From positions 2,464,001-2,528,000 of the forward strand of contig CAWCKH010000004.1 of NCBI GenBank assembly GCA_963796055.1: DNA of 64,000 bases, given 5' to 3'. The position numbers were made by a program, and so were the translations under genes. The notes under the pieces were generated by a model. That model was not told where the DNA came from. It saw nothing but the letters and a program-made list of their open reading frames with translations, and did no database searches. The DNA comes from an uncultured delta proteobacterium. GTDB taxonomy: Bacteria; Myxococcota; Myxococcia; Myxococcales; Myxococcaceae. Shown here piece after piece: positions 19,282-29,655 of the stretch (the first letter of the stretch is position 1; every line of letters starts with the position of its first letter).

Positions 19282-19667
19282 CCAAGGCGGCGAAGAAGGC
19301 GACGGCGGTCGAGACCGAGCCGTCGCTCAGGCTGAAGCACACCACCCTGTCCTGCATGGGCGAGCTGGACCGCGACGCGCTGCGGGCCATCCGCGACCGG
19401 ATGGTGCGTCTGCTGGATCAGGGCTGTGTGTGGCTGGTGCTGGACCTCACCGACTGCAGCCACATGGACTACCGGGGCGTCCCCTGGCTCGTCTCCCAGG
19501 CGGAGGAGTACCGGCGCCGCGGCGGCGACGTGAAGCTCGCTGGCGTGTCGCGCTACCTGCTGGCCATCCTCCGTGCCGCGGGTGCCCACGACGCCTTCGA
19601 GATCTACCCGGACGCCGGTGACGCCCGGGAGGCCCTCAGCCAGGGCCACAACGCCTGGCTGCACTGA
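19278..19667 (+). CDS. STAS-domain (anti-sigma antagonist-like) protein
   Basis: GELD…[15 protein letters not shown]…GGDVKLAG…FEIY; GTGA overlap with mraZ. Confidence 0.85.
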   Translation: MTKAAKKATAVETEPSLRLKHTTLSCMGELDRDALRAIRDRMVRLLDQGCVWLVLDLTDCSHMDYRGVPWLVSQAEEYRRRGGDVKLAGVSRYLLAILRAAGAHDAFEIYPDAGDAREALSQGHNAWLH

Positions 19668-19683
19668 GGCAGCCTGCCGTCCC

Positions 19684-20596
19684 TTGCCGTTCGTCCACGC
19701 AACCGTCCTCCAGGACGAGGTGGTGCAGCTCTTGAAGCCGAGATTCGGGAATCCGCCTGGTGGACGCGACGCTCGGTGGTGGGGGGCACGCCGAGGCCCT
19801 GCTCGCCGCCGGGGCCGAGGTCATCGGCGTCGATCGCGATCCGTCCGCCATCGCCGCGGCGCGCACCCGGCTCGCGGGCTCCGAGCGGTTCCGGGCCCTC
19901 GAGGGACGCGCCGGGGAGCTGGAGGCCCTGCTCGGGCCCATGGGTCTGCTCCCGGTGGACGGGGTGCTGCTCGACCTCGGGGTGAGCAGCCCGCAGCTGG
20001 ACACGCCCGAGCGCGGCTTCAGCTTCCAGGCCGAGGGCCCGCTGGACATGCGCATGGGCCACACCGGCGAGACCGCGGCCGAGCTGATCGCCCGGCTGCC
20101 CGAGTCCGAGCTGGCCGCCGTGCTCCGGGACCTCGGCGAGGAGCCCTTCGCCAGGCCCATCGCCCGGGCGCTGAAGGCGGACCTGCCCACCACCACGCTC
20201 GCCGCGGTCGAGTCGGTGAAGCGCGCGGTGCCGCGCCGGGCCTGGCCCTCGAGGGTCCACGTGGCCACCCGGACCTTCCAGGCGCTGCGCATCCGGGTGA
20301 ACGACGAGCTGGGCGAGCTGGATCGCGTGCTCGCCTCGCTGCCGCGGCTGCTCCGCATCGGTGGCCGGGCGGCGGTCATCGCCTTTCACAGCCTCGAGGA
20401 CCGCGCGGTGAAGCAGGCGTTCCGGGCGCTCGAGGGCCGCTGCACCTGTCCGCCCGGGCTGCCGGTGTGCGCCTGCGGTGCGCAGGGCACGTTCAAGGTC
20501 CTGACCCGCCGGGCAGTGCAGGCGTCGGACGCCGAGATCGAGCGCAATCCCCGGGCGCGCAGCGCGCGCCTCCGGGCCGTGGAGAGGGTGGCATGA
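19684..20596 (+). CDS. rsmH: 16S rRNA m4C1402 methyltransferase RsmH, with an extra T near 19744
   Basis: HATVLQDEV in upstream frame; [44 protein letters not shown]. Confidence 0.93.
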
Positions 20597-20976
20597 GCCG
20601 GAGATCGGGCAAGGGGCGCCGGGTGTCGATCGGCGCGGTGCTGGAACAGATGCTTCCGGTGGTCCTGTGCTTCGGGCTGCTCGGAGGGGTGGGCATTCTC
20701 CACGTCGCCTCGCGAAGCCAGGTGGTGGACGCCGCCTACCGGCTGTCCGCGCTCGAGGCGGAGAGCCGCACCCTGTCGCTGGCCAACGACCGGCTGAAGC
20801 TGGAGCTGGCAACCCTGAAGCGCCCGGCGCGCCTCGAAGCGCTGGCCCGGGGGCAGCTGGGGATGGGACCGGCGGACGCGTCGGTGGTCGACTCGGTCGC
20901 CGCCCGCCCCGCCCCGGTATCGACCTTTGCGGCCGAGGGCCGGCGCACCCTGGCCGATCGCCGCTCGCCGCGATGA
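20593..20976 (+). CDS. ftsL: Cell division protein FtsL
   Basis: TM helix plus coiled coil ending [12 protein letters not shown]; lies between rsmH and ftsI. Confidence 0.85.
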   Translation: MSRRSGKGRRVSIGAVLEQMLPVVLCFGLLGGVGILHVASRSQVVDAAYRLSALEAESRTLSLANDRLKLELATLKRPARLEALARGQLGMGPADASVVDSVAARPAPVSTFAAEGRRTLADRRSPR

Positions 20977-22976
20977 TTCCCCGGCGGTCCACCGAGCGTG
21001 GCCGTCCTCCCGCGGAGCTGACCCGCTGGACCCGCGCCCGGGTGCTCATCATGGGCGGGCTGCTCATGGCCGCCCTGGGGGCAGCGATGGTGCGGGCCAT
21101 CAGCCTTCAGGTCGTCCAGCGCGCCCGCCTGGCGTCGATGGCGACCGATCAGACGGTGCGGGAGATGGAGATCCCCGCCCGCCGTGGCGACATCTACGAC
21201 CGCCGTGGCATCCCCCTGGCCCAGAGCGTGGAGGTCGACTCGCTCTGGCTGGACCCGTCGATGGTGGCCGATCTCCGCCGCGCGGCGCGTGACCTCGCCC
21301 GGGCGCTGCACCTCGATCCGTCCGAGCTCGAGGCCCGGCTGTCCCGCGGCCGCCGCTTCGCCTGGGTGAAGCGCCAGGTGACACCCCAGGAAGTCGCCGC
21401 GGCCCAGCGGCTGGAGATTCCCGGGCTCGGCGTGGCCAAGGAGCCCAAGCGCTTCTACCCTCAGCGCGAGCTCGGGGCGCAGGTGCTGGGCGTGGTGGGC
21501 ACCGATGGGCACGGGCTCGAGGGGCTCGAGCTGGCGTTCGAGGACGAGCTGTCCGGCCAGAGCGAGAAGGTGGAGGGGACCCGCGACGCCCGCGGACGGA
21601 ACCTCCTCCTCCAGGGAGCGCCGGAGGCGGTGGGCCGCCAGGGCGCGACCGTCACCCTCACCCTGGATCGCCAGCTGCAGTACGTGGCGGAGAAGGCGCT
21701 GGACCGCGCGGTGGAGGACAGCAGGGCCATCGGCGGGATGCTGGTGGTGCTCGACCCGCGGAGCGGCGAGCTGCTGGCCATGGCCCAGTCGCCTCGCTTC
21801 AACCCCAACGCTCCGGCGCCGGGCATCGCCGCCGGTGCCCTCCGGGACCGGCCGGCGCTGGACCTGTTCGAGCCGGGGAGCACCTACAAGGCCTTCGTCG
21901 CTGCGGCGGCGCTCGAGAACCGCGCCGTCCGCCCCGAGGACACCTTCGACTGCGAGGGCGGCAGCTGGGAGGTGGGACGCCACGTCATCCACGACACCCA
22001 CCCGCACGGCACGCTGACCCTCGCCCGCATCCTCGCCGTCTCCTCCAACATCGGCGCCGCGAAGGTGGCCCAGCGGCTGGGGCGCGAGGGAATGATGCGG
22101 ACCGCCCGGCGCTTCGGCTTCGGCGAGAAGACCGGGCTCGCGCTCCCTGGCGAGGGCCGGGGCAGCGTCCCCTACCCCAAGGCCGACGTGACCCTGGCCA
22201 CGCAGGCCTTCGGGCAGGGGCTGAGCGCCACCGCGGTCCAGGTGGCAGCGGCCTACGGGGCGCTGGCCAACAAGGGCGTGCTGATGCGTCCGTACCTCGT
22301 GGCCCGGGTGACCGACCCGGACGGCGTGGTGCTGCTGGAGAACCAGCCCACCCGGGTGCGCCAGGCGGTCAGCGAGCGGACGGCCCGTCAGGTCCTCCAG
22401 ATGCTGGAGGGTGTGGTCCAGAAGGACGGCACCGCTCCGCGCGCCGCGCTCGAGTCGTACCGGGCGGCCGGAAAGACCGGCACGGCGCAAAAACCCGACC
22501 CGGTCGCACGGGGGTACTCCGACAAGCGCATCGCCAGCTTCGCCGGCGTCGTCCCCGCCGACGATCCGCGGCTGGTCATCTATGTGGTCGTCGACGAGCC
22601 GAAGACCGACGTGTATGGCGGCCTGGTCGCCGCCCCGGCGTTCAAGGAGGTCGCCACCGCGGCCCTTCCCTACCTGGGCGTCCCACCGTCGCTTTCCGCG
22701 CTTGCCAGCTCCAAGAAGGTTCCCATCACACCCCCGATGCAGGTAAAGGAGGAGCCCGCCGCGGCCCAGCCGGTCACCGAGCGGCTGGAGCAGGGGAGTG
22801 TGTCGGTCCCGAACGTGCAAGGACAGGTCGGTCGTGATGCCGTGGCGCGTCTGCTGGCGACCGCCCTGGAACCCAGGCTTCGTGGAAGTGGACGGGTGAT
22901 GGCGCAGTCGCCCGCCCCGGGCGCGCACGTGGCGCGTGGGGCGAGAGTGACGCTCGAGCTGGGCGCCGCACCCTGA
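20973..22976 (+). CDS. ftsI: Class B penicillin-binding protein FtsI with PASTA domain
   Basis: RGDIYDR, EPGSTYK (SxxK), SSN, KTGT, C-terminal PASTA. Confidence 0.95.
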   Translation: MIPRRSTERGRPPAELTRWTRARVLIMGGLLMAALGAAMVRAISLQVVQRARLASMATDQTVREMEIPARRGDIYDRRGIPLAQSVEVDSLWLDPSMVADLRRAARDLARALHLDPSELEARLSRGRRFAWVKRQVTPQEVAAAQRLEIPGLGVAKEPKRFYPQRELGAQVLGVVGTDGHGLEGLELAFEDELSGQSEKVEGTRDARGRNLLLQGAPEAVGRQGATVTLTLDRQLQYVAEKALDRAVEDSRAIGGMLVVLDPRSGELLAMAQSPRFNPNAPAPGIAAGALRDRPALDLFEPGSTYKAFVAAAALENRAVRPEDTFDCEGGSWEVGRHVIHDTHPHGTLTLARILAVSSNIGAAKVAQRLGREGMMRTARRFGFGEKTGLALPGEGRGSVPYPKADVTLATQAFGQGLSATAVQVAAAYGALANKGVLMRPYLVARVTDPDGVVLLENQPTRVRQAVSERTARQVLQMLEGVVQKDGTAPRAALESYRAAGKTGTAQKPDPVARGYSDKRIASFAGVVPADDPRLVIYVVVDEPKTDVYGGLVAAPAFKEVATAALPYLGVPPSLSALASSKKVPITPPMQVKEEPAAAQPVTERLEQGSVSVPNVQGQVGRDAVARLLATALEPRLRGSGRVMAQSPAPGAHVARGARVTLELGAAP

Positions 22977-22993
22977 GCAAGGACAAGGCGTAC

Positions 22994-24499
22994 ATGAAGT
23001 TGACCGAAGTGTTGGCAGGGATTGGTGCCGAGCAGCAGTCCGGCTCGCGGGCGTCGCTCGAGGTGTCGGGCGTGGCGCACGACTCGCGGAAGGTGAAACC
23101 GGGCGACCTCTTCGTGGCCATGCCGGGTGCCTCGGTGGATGGTGCGACCTTCATCGCCGAGGCCAAGCAGAAGGGCGCCGCCGCGGTGGTGGCGCAGCGC
23201 GCGGTCCAGGCGGACGGCCCGGTGTTCCAGGTGGCCAATGCCCGTCAGGCCCTGGCGCTGATCGCGGCGAACTTCTACCGGAAGCCGGCCGGCGAGCTGA
23301 TGCTGCTCGGGGTCACCGGGACCAACGGGAAGACGACCACCACCTGGCTGCTGGAGGCGATCTGCGCCGCTGGCGGCGCGGCCACCGGGCGGATCGGCAC
23401 CATCGACACCCGGTTCGCCGGCCGCTCGCTCGAGCCCACCCACACCACGCCGGACGCACTGGCTCTGCACGGGCTGTTCCGGGAGATGGTGGACGCCGGC
23501 ACCGACACGGTGGTGATGGAGGTCAGCAGCCACGCGCTGGACCAGGACCGGGTGCATGGCCTCATCTTCCGGGCGGCGGGCTTCACCAACCTGAGCCGGG
23601 ACCATCTCGACTACCACCCGGACATGGAGGCCTACTTCCAGGCCAAGCGGAAGCTGTTCAGCGAGAACCTGAGCCCCGGCGGGGTGGCGGTGGTGAACGG
23701 CGACGACACCTACGCCGCGCGGCTCTACAACGAGGTCCGCTCCAGCAAGCGGATGGCCTGGAAGTTCAGCCGCAACGGCGGGGAGATCTCCGCCGCCGGG
23801 GTCGAGTATTCCATCGCCGGAATCAAGGCGACGCTCAAGACTCCCGCGGGGGACATCGCCATCCAGTCGGCGCTGGTGGGCCCGCACAACCTCGAGAACA
23901 TCCTCGCTGCGGCCGGCATGGCGCTGGGGGCGGGCTTCAGCCGCCAGGACGTGAAGGAGGGGATCGCCCGGATGAAGGGCGTCCCGGGCCGGATGGAGCG
24001 GATCGAGTCCGAGGGCCGGGTGGCCCTGATCGACTACGCCCACAGCGACGACGCGCTCCGCCGCTCGCTCGAGGCCGCGCGCACCCTCGCCCGCGGGCGG
24101 GTGGTGGTGGTGTTCGGCTGCGGCGGCGACCGGGACAAGGGCAAGCGGCCGCTGATGGGCCAGGCGGCCGCGGAGAACGTAGATCTGGTGGTGGTCACCA
24201 GCGACAACCCGCGCACCGAGGACCCGGACGAGATCATCTCCCAGATCACCGCCGGGGTGGAGAAGGGTGGCCTGCGGCGGATGAGCGCCGGCAAGGCCAA
24301 GAGCGGCGAGCGCGGCTACCTGGTCGACGCCGACAGGCGGGCGGCCATCGAGCTCGGCGCATCGCTCTTGAAGGACGGCGACGTGATGCTGGTGGCGGGC
24401 AAGGGCCACGAGGGGTACCAGATCGTCGGAACCGAGAAGCGGCCCTTCGACGACGTGGCCGAGGCCCGCGCCGCACTGGGCAAGGCCGGAGGGGCCTGA
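22994..24499 (+). CDS. murE: UDP-MurNAc-tripeptide ligase MurE (meso-DAP type)
   Basis: GTNGKTT, MEVSSH, DYAH, DNPR. Confidence 0.96.
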   Translation: MKLTEVLAGIGAEQQSGSRASLEVSGVAHDSRKVKPGDLFVAMPGASVDGATFIAEAKQKGAAAVVAQRAVQADGPVFQVANARQALALIAANFYRKPAGELMLLGVTGTNGKTTTTWLLEAICAAGGAATGRIGTIDTRFAGRSLEPTHTTPDALALHGLFREMVDAGTDTVVMEVSSHALDQDRVHGLIFRAAGFTNLSRDHLDYHPDMEAYFQAKRKLFSENLSPGGVAVVNGDDTYAARLYNEVRSSKRMAWKFSRNGGEISAAGVEYSIAGIKATLKTPAGDIAIQSALVGPHNLENILAAAGMALGAGFSRQDVKEGIARMKGVPGRMERIESEGRVALIDYAHSDDALRRSLEAARTLARGRVVVVFGCGGDRDKGKRPLMGQAAAENVDLVVVTSDNPRTEDPDEIISQITAGVEKGGLRRMSAGKAKSGERGYLVDADRRAAIELGASLLKDGDVMLVAGKGHEGYQIVGTEKRPFDDVAEARAALGKAGGA

Positions 24500-24510
24500 C
24501 GCCGCCGCCG

Positions 24511-25905
24511 ATGGCCGCCGAGCCGCGGTTCACCCACACCGAGGTCGTCAATGCCACCGGAGCCCGTCCGACCGCGACCCCGGCGGCTGCCTTCGAGGGC
24601 GTGTCCACCGATTCCCGGACGCTGACCCCGGGTGCGCTCTTCGTCGCGCTCCGGGGTGAGCGCTTCGACGGCCACGCCTTCCTGGCCGACGTCGCCGCCC
24701 GGGGCGCGGCGGGCGCGGTCATCCAGGCCGGGCACCCGCGCTCCGCGGTTCCGCCTGGATTTCCCCTCTACGAGGTGTCCGACACCCTGCAGGCGCTCGG
24801 AGGGCTGGGGCGGCTCCACCGCCGACGCTTCCGGCTGCCGGTCGGGGCGGTGGGGGGGAGCAACGGCAAGACGACCACCAAGGAGATGGTCGGCGCCATC
24901 CTCGCGGTGCGCGGCCCCTCGCTGAAGACCGAGGGGAACCTCAACAACGAGGTGGGGCTGCCGCTGACCCTGCTCCGGCTCCGCCCCGAGCACGTGGCGG
25001 CGGTGGTCGAGCTGGGGATGAACCACCCCGGGGAGATGATCCGCCTGGCCTCCGTCGCCGAGCCGGACGCCGCGCTCATCACCACCATCCAGCCCGAGCA
25101 CCTCGAGGGGCTGGGCAGCATCGAGGGCGTGGCCCAGGCCGAGGGAGAGCTCTTCGCCGGCCTGTCGGAGGTGGCGACCGCGGTGGTCAACCTCGACGAC
25201 CCCCACGTGGCGCGTCAGAGCGCGCGTGCCCGCGGTCCCCGGATCGGCTTCGGCCGGGCCTCTGGCGCGGTGGTGCGGCTGGTCGAGGCGACCGCGCGGG
25301 GGAAGAGCGGCCTCGGCCTGGTCATCGAGGTGACCGGCCGGCGCTGGCCGGTGTCGCTCGGCTTCGTGGGTGAGCACAACGCGCTCAACGCCACCGGCGC
25401 CTTCGCCCTGGCCACCGCGCTCGGGTACCGCCCCGAGGAGTGTGTCCAGGGCCTGGAGGCGGCCCGCCCCTACGCCCGGCGGCTCAACGTGGTGGAGGCC
25501 GCCGGCGGCTGGACGGTGGTGGACGACTGCTACAACGCCAACCCGGCCTCGATGGCGGCCGCGCTCGACACCGCCCGCACGCTCGCCGCCGGCTCCCGGG
25601 TGGTCGCCGTCCTCGGCGACATGCTGGAGCTCGGGCCTGGCGAGCAGGCGGAGCACGTGGCGCTGGGTGCGCGCGTGTCGCAGGTGGCGGCCCTGGCCGC
25701 GTTCCTCGGCCCCCGGAGCGTCTGGAGCGCCGGGGCGGCGCGGGGCATCGAGTCGGCACACTTCCTGGAGGTGGAAGCTGCCTGGAAGTGGCTCGGCCCC
25801 AGGTTGCGGCCGGGTGACCTCGTCCTGGTGAAGGGCAGCCGCGGCATGCGGCTGGAGCGGATGGTGGAAAAACTGACCGGAGCGGCGGCTTCCGGGGGAC
25901 ACTAG
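24511..25905 (+). CDS. murF: UDP-MurNAc-pentapeptide ligase MurF
   Basis: GSNGKTTTKE, NNEVGLPLTL, DDCYNANP, LVKGSRGMRLE. Confidence 0.96.
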   Translation: MAAEPRFTHTEVVNATGARPTATPAAAFEGVSTDSRTLTPGALFVALRGERFDGHAFLADVAARGAAGAVIQAGHPRSAVPPGFPLYEVSDTLQALGGLGRLHRRRFRLPVGAVGGSNGKTTTKEMVGAILAVRGPSLKTEGNLNNEVGLPLTLLRLRPEHVAAVVELGMNHPGEMIRLASVAEPDAALITTIQPEHLEGLGSIEGVAQAEGELFAGLSEVATAVVNLDDPHVARQSARARGPRIGFGRASGAVVRLVEATARGKSGLGLVIEVTGRRWPVSLGFVGEHNALNATGAFALATALGYRPEECVQGLEAARPYARRLNVVEAAGGWTVVDDCYNANPASMAAALDTARTLAAGSRVVAVLGDMLELGPGEQAEHVALGARVSQVAALAAFLGPRSVWSAGAARGIESAHFLEVEAAWKWLGPRLRPGDLVLVKGSRGMRLERMVEKLTGAAASGGH

Positions 25906-25917
25906 CGAATCTGACAG

Positions 25918-27084
25918 GTGCTCTTCCTCCTCTACGGACTGCTGCGGGACTCCCAGGCACAGCGGTTCTTCAACTTCCTCCGTTACCCCACCTTCCGCAT
26001 CGTCGCGGCGGGGATCGCGGCGCTGCTGATCGGCCTGTTCTGGGGGCGGCGCTTCATCGAGCAGCTGCGCCTCACCCAGCACGGGCAGAGCAACGTGCGC
26101 GAGGACACGCCGGACCGCCACCAGTCCAAGAAGGGCACGCCGACCATGGGCGGCACGCTGATCCTGGTCTGCATCGGCCTGGCGACGTTGCTCTTCGCCG
26201 ACCTCTCGTCCCGTGTGGTGTGGGTGGCGCTGCTCTGGACGTTCGGCTACGGCTTCATCGGATTCCTCGATGACTGGCTGAAGCTGTCGAAGCGGAACAG
26301 CAAGGGGCTCGCCGGCCGAAAGAAGCTCTTGCTGCAGACGCTGTTCTACGCGGTGGGCATCTTCGGCATCCTCTGCACCTGGAAGGGCGGGGTGCCGCAC
26401 CTCCTGATCGAGACCCGGATCACCGTCCCCTTCGTCCCCACCCGGCACTTCAATCCCGACCTGGGCTGGCTCTACGTGTTCTTCGGCTGGGTGGTGGTGG
26501 TCGGCACCTCGAACGCGGTGAACCTGACCGACGGGCTCGACGGGCTGGCCATCGTGCCCACCATCGTGGCCGCCACCACCTTCGCCATCCTCTGCTACGT
26601 GGCCGGCAGCGGGCTCCACATCGCCGACGTCCAGGAGGTCGCCGGGCAACAGCGGCTGGTGAGCACCCCACTGTGGCGCTACCTGGGAATCCTCCCGGTG
26701 GCCGGAGGCGCCGAGCTGGCGGTGTTCTGCGCCGCGATCGTCGGCGCGGGCCTGTCGTTCCTCTGGTTCAACGCCTACCCGGCGAGCGTCTTCATGGGAG
26801 ACATCGGCTCGCTGGCGCTGGGGGGCGGTCTGGGCGGCCTGGCGGTGCTGAGCAAGAACGAGATCGCCTCGGCCATCATCCATGGCGTGTTCCTGGCCGA
26901 GGCGCTGTCGGTGATGATCCAGGTGGCCTCGTTCAAGATGACGGGCCGCCGGGTGTTTCGGATGGCGCCGGTGCACCACCACTTCGAGCTCAAGGGTCTG
27001 TCCGAGCCGAAGATCATCGTGCGCTTCTGGATCGTCTCCATCGTCTGCGGCGCGGTGGCGCTGATGACCCTCAAGCTGCGCTGA
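25918..27084 (+). CDS. mraY: Phospho-N-acetylmuramoyl-pentapeptide transferase
   Basis: KKGTPTMGG, NAVNLTDGLDGL, FMGD.GSL, MAPVHHHFEL. Confidence 0.97.
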   Translation: MLFLLYGLLRDSQAQRFFNFLRYPTFRIVAAGIAALLIGLFWGRRFIEQLRLTQHGQSNVREDTPDRHQSKKGTPTMGGTLILVCIGLATLLFADLSSRVVWVALLWTFGYGFIGFLDDWLKLSKRNSKGLAGRKKLLLQTLFYAVGIFGILCTWKGGVPHLLIETRITVPFVPTRHFNPDLGWLYVFFGWVVVVGTSNAVNLTDGLDGLAIVPTIVAATTFAILCYVAGSGLHIADVQEVAGQQRLVSTPLWRYLGILPVAGGAELAVFCAAIVGAGLSFLWFNAYPASVFMGDIGSLALGGGLGGLAVLSKNEIASAIIHGVFLAEALSVMIQVASFKMTGRRVFRMAPVHHHFELKGLSEPKIIVRFWIVSIVCGAVALMTLKLR

Positions 27085-27090
27085 CGGCCC

Positions 27091-28455
27091 GTGGACCTCC
27101 GGGACCGGACGGTGTCGGTGCTGGGAGCGGGCAAGAGCGGGCTCGCCGCGTCCCAGCTGCTGCTGTCGCGCGGCGCCCGGGTGACGCTCTGGGACGAGCG
27201 GCCAGCGGCATCTCTCGGGGCGGAGGGCCTCGGCGCGCGGGGCGTGGCCGTCCGCGGAGGCGCTCCGCTGGACGCCGCCGATCTCGACCGGCCAGACCTG
27301 GTGGTGGTGAGCCCGGGAGTGCCGCTGGGGCTTCCATCCATCGTCCGCGCCCGCCAGGAGGGCGTCCCGGTCTGGGGGGAGATCGAGCTCGCCGCGCGAT
27401 TCCTCCCGCCCGGCGCGGCGGTGCTCGGCGTCACCGGCACCAACGGCAAGAGCACCACCACCGCCCTCCTCGGCGCCCTGTGCGAGGCGGGAGGGCTCCA
27501 GCCCTTCGTCGGCGGCAACCTCGGGACTCCGCTCTCCCGGGCAGCGCTCGAGGCGCCGCGGCGCACCTACGCGCTCGAGCTGTCCAGCTTCCAGCTCGAG
27601 GGGATGGACACCGTCCGTGTCCACGCCGCCGCGGTGCTGAACCTCACCCCCGACCACCTCGACCGTTACCCGGCGATGGAGGACTACGCCCGGGCCAAGG
27701 CGCGCATCTTCCAGAGCCAGGAGCCCGCCGACGTGGCGGTGGTGAACGCCGACGACCCCTGGGCAGCGGCGATGCTCAGCGGCGCCCGTGCGCGGCGCTT
27801 CGGCTTCACGCTCCGGCCAGGCCTCTCCCCGCCCGCGGGAGTGGTCGGGCTGGCCGAGCCGATCGCGGGCGGGTTCCAGCTCGGCTTCGCCGGCCTGCGC
27901 CTCCGGCTCGCCAACCGCGCGCTCCGGGGCGGCCACAACCTGGCCAACGCGATGGCCGCCACGCTCCTCGCCTTCCACGCCGGGGTCGGTCCCGAGGCGC
28001 TGCAGATCGGCCTGGACACCTTCCCCGGGCTTCCACACCGGCTGGAGTCGATCCGGACGCTCGACGGGGTCGAGTGGATCAACGACTCGAAGGCCACCAA
28101 CGTGGACGCGGTCCTCACCGCCCTCGCCGCGTTCCCTCCGGGGCAGCGGCTGTGGCTGATCGCCGGCGGGAAGGGGAAGGGCGCGCCCTACGCCCCCCTG
28201 GTGGAGGCCTCGGTCGGAAAAGTCGCGGGGGTGCTCACGGTTGGGCAGGATGCCCCTCTCCTCGAATCGGAGTTCTTCGCCGTGCTCCCTGTCCACGCCT
28301 GCGAGACGCTCGAGCGCGCCGTCGCCCGCGCGCGGGTCGTCGCCCGCCCGGGGGACGTGGTCCTGCTCTCGCCGGCCTGCGCTTCCTACGACCAGTACAA
28401 GAACTTCGAGCACCGCGGCGACACCTTCCGCGCGCTGGTGGAGGCGCTCACGTGA
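27091..28455 (+). CDS. murD: UDP-MurNAc-L-Ala:D-Glu ligase MurD
   Basis: VVSPGVP, GTNGKSTT, ELSSFQL, NDSKATN, LLSPACASYDQ. Confidence 0.96.
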   Translation: MDLRDRTVSVLGAGKSGLAASQLLLSRGARVTLWDERPAASLGAEGLGARGVAVRGGAPLDAADLDRPDLVVVSPGVPLGLPSIVRARQEGVPVWGEIELAARFLPPGAAVLGVTGTNGKSTTTALLGALCEAGGLQPFVGGNLGTPLSRAALEAPRRTYALELSSFQLEGMDTVRVHAAAVLNLTPDHLDRYPAMEDYARAKARIFQSQEPADVAVVNADDPWAAAMLSGARARRFGFTLRPGLSPPAGVVGLAEPIAGGFQLGFAGLRLRLANRALRGGHNLANAMAATLLAFHAGVGPEALQIGLDTFPGLPHRLESIRTLDGVEWINDSKATNVDAVLTALAAFPPGQRLWLIAGGKGKGAPYAPLVEASVGKVAGVLTVGQDAPLLESEFFAVLPVHACETLERAVARARVVARPGDVVLLSPACASYDQYKNFEHRGDTFRALVEALT

Positions 28456-29655
28456 CCTCGCGCCGGAACACGCCGCCGTCGCCGGCGCTGCCCGACGGCC
28501 GCTCCGAGCCGGTCCGGGTGGCCGTCGATCCGGTGCTGCTCGGGGCGGTGCTGGCCCTCGTCTCGCTCGGGCTGGTGATGGTGTACTCGGCGAGCGCGGT
28601 GACCGCGGCCGAGAAGCAGGGCAACGGATTCTACTTCCTCGAGCGGCAGGTGCTCGCCGCCGGGGTGGGGCTGGTGGTGATGGCTGCGGCCGTCCGGGTG
28701 GGCTACCGGCGGCTCGCCCGGCTGGCCTACCCGATGCTGCTGCTGAGCATCGTGCTCCTGGTGCTGGTGCTCGATCCCAGGCGTGGGAACCATGGTGGGC
28801 GGCGCACGGCGGTGGCTGCGGCTGCCGGGACTCAGCCTCCAGCCGGCGGAGATCGCCAAGTTCACCTGGGTGGTGTACCTGGCGTACTCGCTGGCAAAGA
28901 AGCGGGAAAAGGTGGCCACGTTCTCCATCGGGTTCCTGCCGCATCTGCTGCTCGCCGGGCTGCTGGTGGCCCTGTGCATGGCCGAGCCCGACTTCGGCAG
29001 CTCGGTGGAGCTGCTGGTGCTGCTCTTCATCCTCCTCTTCGCCGCGGGCACCCGGCTCTCGTACCTGGTGGGCTCGGTGCTGCTGGCCCTGCCGCTCGCC
29101 TACGGCGCCATCGCCCACTCGCCGTACCGGCTGAAGCGCATCACCGCCTTCCTCGACCCGTGGGCGCACCGGCACGACATCGGGTATCAGGTGGCGCAGT
29201 CGCTCATCTCGGTGGGCTCGGGCGGCGTCTTCGGGCTCGGCCTGGGCGAGAGCCGCCAGAAGCTGTTCTTCCTCCCCGAGGCGCACACCGACTTCATCTT
29301 CAGCATCATCGGCGAGGAGCTGGGCCTCCTCGGCGCGGTGGCCACCATCGTCCTCTACGGCATCGTGGTCTGGCGGGGGACGCGGGCGGCGCTCCGGGCC
29401 AGCGAGACCTTCGGCACCTACCTCGGCCTGGGGCTGACCGCGATGCTCGGCTTCCAGGCCGCGGTGAACATGAGCGTGGCGATGGGAATGCTGCCCACCA
29501 AGGGGCTGACCTTGCCCTTCGTCTCCTATGGCGGCTGCTCGCTGGTCATCTCCATGGCCGCCGCCGGCGTGCTCCTGTCGCTGAGCGCCTCGTCCGCGCC
29601 GTTGCGCAATCCCGGGTCCTCGCGTGTTCGCCGCATGCAGGAGGCGCTTGCGTGA
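28452..29655 (+). CDS. ftsW: SEDS peptidoglycan polymerase FtsW, with an extra base near 28773
   Basis: GLVMVYSAS in upstream frame; GARRW, QPAE, PDFG, LPEAHTDFIF, PFVSYGG in downstream frame. Confidence 0.93.

Noticed and set aside
24316..29286. 1656-aa minus-strand ORF and many other long alternative-frame ORFs (e.g. 9641-12490, 13613-17167, 20736-22928, 48718-51006)
   Set aside because: Shadow ORFs antisense to or overlapping clear genes; expected from high-GC codon bias; no recognisable motifs
19684..29655. Programmed frameshifting or true pseudogenisation of rsmH and ftsW
   Set aside because: No slippery sites; single extra bases in otherwise intact conserved genes point to sequencing error
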